From Octopus sinensis (Eukaryota), in NCBI RefSeq assembly GCF_006345805.1, contig NC_042997.1:209064001-209128000 (forward strand): a stretch of 64,000 nucleotides of DNA. The letters run 5' to 3'. Positions 61,747 through 64,000 of the stretch are shown one piece after another. The translations under genes were made by a program, and so were the position numbers. Under the pieces are notes generated by a model, which was not told the DNA's origin, did not search any database, and was given only the letters and a program-made list of their open reading frames with translations. How positions within the stretch are numbered: the first letter of the stretch is position 1; the number at the start of each line of letters is the position of its first letter.

Positions 61747-62076
61747 GATAAGAAAATAAAGAGACAATTAATAAGTTATTATTTATTAATTAAAAAAATT
61801 GACATTTCTTACAACTGTTTCAATCCTAGATCTTCAGAAAATTAATTAATAATATTTAAAATTATTTTGAAAGTCGAATCTCGTCAGAGGTAGTTTAAGA
61901 TATACAAAATATTTTGTCTATTTTAAGCTACCTCTGTTGAGATTTGACTTCCAAATAATTTTAAATTTTATTAATTAATTTTCTGAAGATCTAGAATTGA
62001 AACAGCTGTAAGAGATGTTGTCAATTTGTTTTAATTAATGAATAATAAACTAATAATTGTCTCTCTATTTTCTTAT
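61747..62076. repeat. Foldback with ~150-bp arms and hammerhead-like cores
   Basis: Arms ~61747-61898 and ~61922-62076; CTGAAGA..GAAACAGCTGTA at 61983-62010 and its mirror image in the left arm. Confidence 0.85.
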
Positions 62077-62109
62077 ATTATTGAGATATATGTATGTATG
62101 TATGTATAT

Positions 62110-62535
62110 CATCATCATCATCATCATCATCATCGTTTAGCATCCGCTTTCCATGCTAGCATGGGTTGGACGGTTCAACTGGGGTCTGGGAAGTCAGAAG
62201 GCTGCACCAGGCCATCAGATCTGGGTGTGTTTCTACAGCTGGATGCCCTTCCTAACGCCAACCACTCCGTGAGTGTAGTGGGTGCTTTTTATGTGCCAGA
62301 CGAGGCTGGCAAACGACCACGATCGGATGGTGCTTTTTACGTGCCACTGGCACGGAAGCCAGTTAGGGCGGCGCTGGCTACAGCCACGTTCAGATGGTTC
62401 ACTTATGTGCCACCGGCACTGGTATCACAGCTACAAATTCCATTGATGTTGATAGATTACGATTTTGATTTTGATTTTCTCTTGCCTCAACAGGTCTTCA
62501 CAAGTGGAGTTTTGTGTCCCAAGAAGGAAAGGAAA
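62110..62535 (-). mobile_element. RTE 3' UTR copy
   Basis: (CAT)n tail and same motifs. Confidence 0.85.
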
Positions 62536-62637
62536 TATGTATGTATGTATGTATGTATGGCCCTGTGTCTATAAGCGTCTAATTATCTATCTGTATATGT
62601 CTACATGAAAGGGAAAGTGCTTCTGCATACAACATAC

Positions 62638-62731
62638 CTGGTTCGTGTTGATCTTCCATTCATCATCGACAAGGAAGCGATATAAATATTCGCCAGCTTC
62701 AAGGTCAAGGTTGAGCATGAAAGCCTCTTCA
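62638..62731 (-). CDS. 94-nt internal exon encoding part of an AMPK-beta-type glycogen-binding domain (CBM48)
   Basis: On the minus strand, tttattgcag acceptor and CAG|gtatgt donor; reads (S)EEAFMLNLDLEAGEYLYRFLVDDEWKINTNQ versus AMPK-beta HNNFVAILDLPEGEHQYKFFVDGQWTHDPSE. Confidence 0.85.
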
Positions 62732-62869
62732 CTGCAATAAAGTTGAGAAAAAAACATGAAGTGAATAACAGATATAGGGAGACATAGCTTTTAACATATA
62801 TCTTTCTGTTCCTGTGTAACCCCAGGTCAGACATGAGCTGAACAGGCCGGGAAGATTAGAAGCACTGGC

Positions 62870-63070
62870 ATGGTTGGGTGGTTGAGAAACTTGTTTTACA
62901 GCCACTAGGTTTCAGGTTCAGTCCTACTGTGTGTCACTTTGGACAAGTGGCTTTTCTTATAGCCCCAGGCTGACCAAGGCCTTATCAGTGGATCTGGTAG
63001 ACAGAAACTAGAAGAAGCCTGTTGTGTGTATATATGTATGTGTGTATGCATGTGTGTGTGTGTGTGTCTA
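62870..63070 (+). mobile_element. SINE-B 5' half
   Basis: Diverged head and core. Confidence 0.65.
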
Positions 63071-63084
63071 TGAATGTTTCGATG

Positions 63085-63454
63085 CCAATGTCCCCTGACT
63101 GGCTCCCGTGCCAGTGACACATAAAAAGTACCATCTGAACATGGTTGGCAACAGTACCAACTCACTGGCTCAAATGCCGGTGGTATGTAAAAACACCATC
63201 CAAACATGGCCAATGCCAGTGCCTCCTGACTGGCTCCCGTGCCAGTGGCACATAAAAGGCACTATCTGAACATGAGCAATGCCTGGCCCACCTGACTGGC
63301 ACCTGTGCTAGTGGCACGTAAAAAGCACCCACTACAGTCTCGGAATGGTTGGCATTAGGAGAGGCATCCAGCTGTAGAAACATTGCCAGACCTCAGTCAA
63401 ATTGTCCAACCCATGCCAGCATGGAAAACGGACGTTGAAAGATGGTGATGCTGA

Positions 63455-63457
<3 letters not shown>
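63085..63457 (+). mobile_element. RTE 3' UTR copy with ~4 tandem units
   Basis: Same motifs. Confidence 0.8.
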
Positions 63458-63494
<37 letters not shown>

Positions 63495-63606
63495 TTATAA
63501 AATAGTATAAAATCTTTATAAGAATTTATCAAGTAGTCAGCATGAACAAAACCTCGAAAGGGAAAAATTATAATTATTCTCTTTAAAATATATTTATTTA
63601 TATTAA

Positions 63607-63752
63607 GGACATTACTACACTAGAATGCCTCACGCTATGAGGGACTATTAAAGTCAAAACTACCATAATAAATACATTTATTATTATTTATTATGGTAGT
63701 CTTAACTTTAATAGTCCCTCATAGCATGAGGCATTCTAGTGTAGTAATGCCC
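63607..63752. mobile_element. 146-bp palindromic MITE with TTAA on both sides and GG..CC termini
   Basis: TTAA|GGACATTACTACACTAG..CTAGTGTAGTAATGCCC|TTAA; ~68-bp arms. Confidence 0.8.
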
Positions 63753-63781
63753 TTAACACACACACACATATATATATATAT

Positions 63782-64000
63782 CATCATCATCATCATCATC
63801 GTTTAATGTCCGTTCTCCATGCTAGCATGGGTTGGATGGTTCGACCGGGGATCTGGGAAGCCAGAAGGCTGCACCAGGCTCCAGTCTTATCTGGCAATGT
63901 TTCTACAACTGGATGCCCTTCCTAACGCCAACCACTCCGTGAGTGTAGTGGGTGCTTTTTACGTGCCACCTGCACAGGTGCCAGGGGAGGCTGGCAACAG
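63782..64000 (-). mobile_element. RTE 3' UTR copy running off the window
   Basis: Same motifs. Confidence 0.85.

Overview
Repeat-dense, AT-rich animal genomic DNA. The SINE/RTE/microsatellite landscape looks like a coleoid cephalopod (Octopus-like); this is inference, not a database result. Host genes: (1) a large + strand terminal exon (14785-15970) of a RING-HC / TRAF-like zinc finger / coiled-coil protein; (2) the last two exons of a - strand gene (62638-62731, 58950-59009) that stops right after an AMPK-beta-type glycogen-binding CBM48 domain; (3) an intronless - strand 128-aa ORF (41130-41516) with histone H3 hallmarks but extreme divergence. Mobile DNA: a very young complete Ty3/Gypsy element (49111-54162; apparently identical 418-bp LTRs, AAAT TSD, tRNA-Trp PBS, intact pol, shortened gag); five non-autonomous Helitrons sharing one 3' end, two of which form a 3.26-kb inverted pair; RTE LINE fragments whose 3' UTR is the commonest repeat here; several tRNA-derived SINE families; and MITEs with 8-bp, 9-bp and TTAA TSDs. 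Top leads are the H3-like ORF, a complete type I hammerhead ribozyme (12022-12065) in a foldback plus several unrelated hammerhead-like relics, and the CBM48-terminated gene. Boundaries of dispersed SINE/LINE copies are approximate (about +/-15 bp). All alignments were done by eye.
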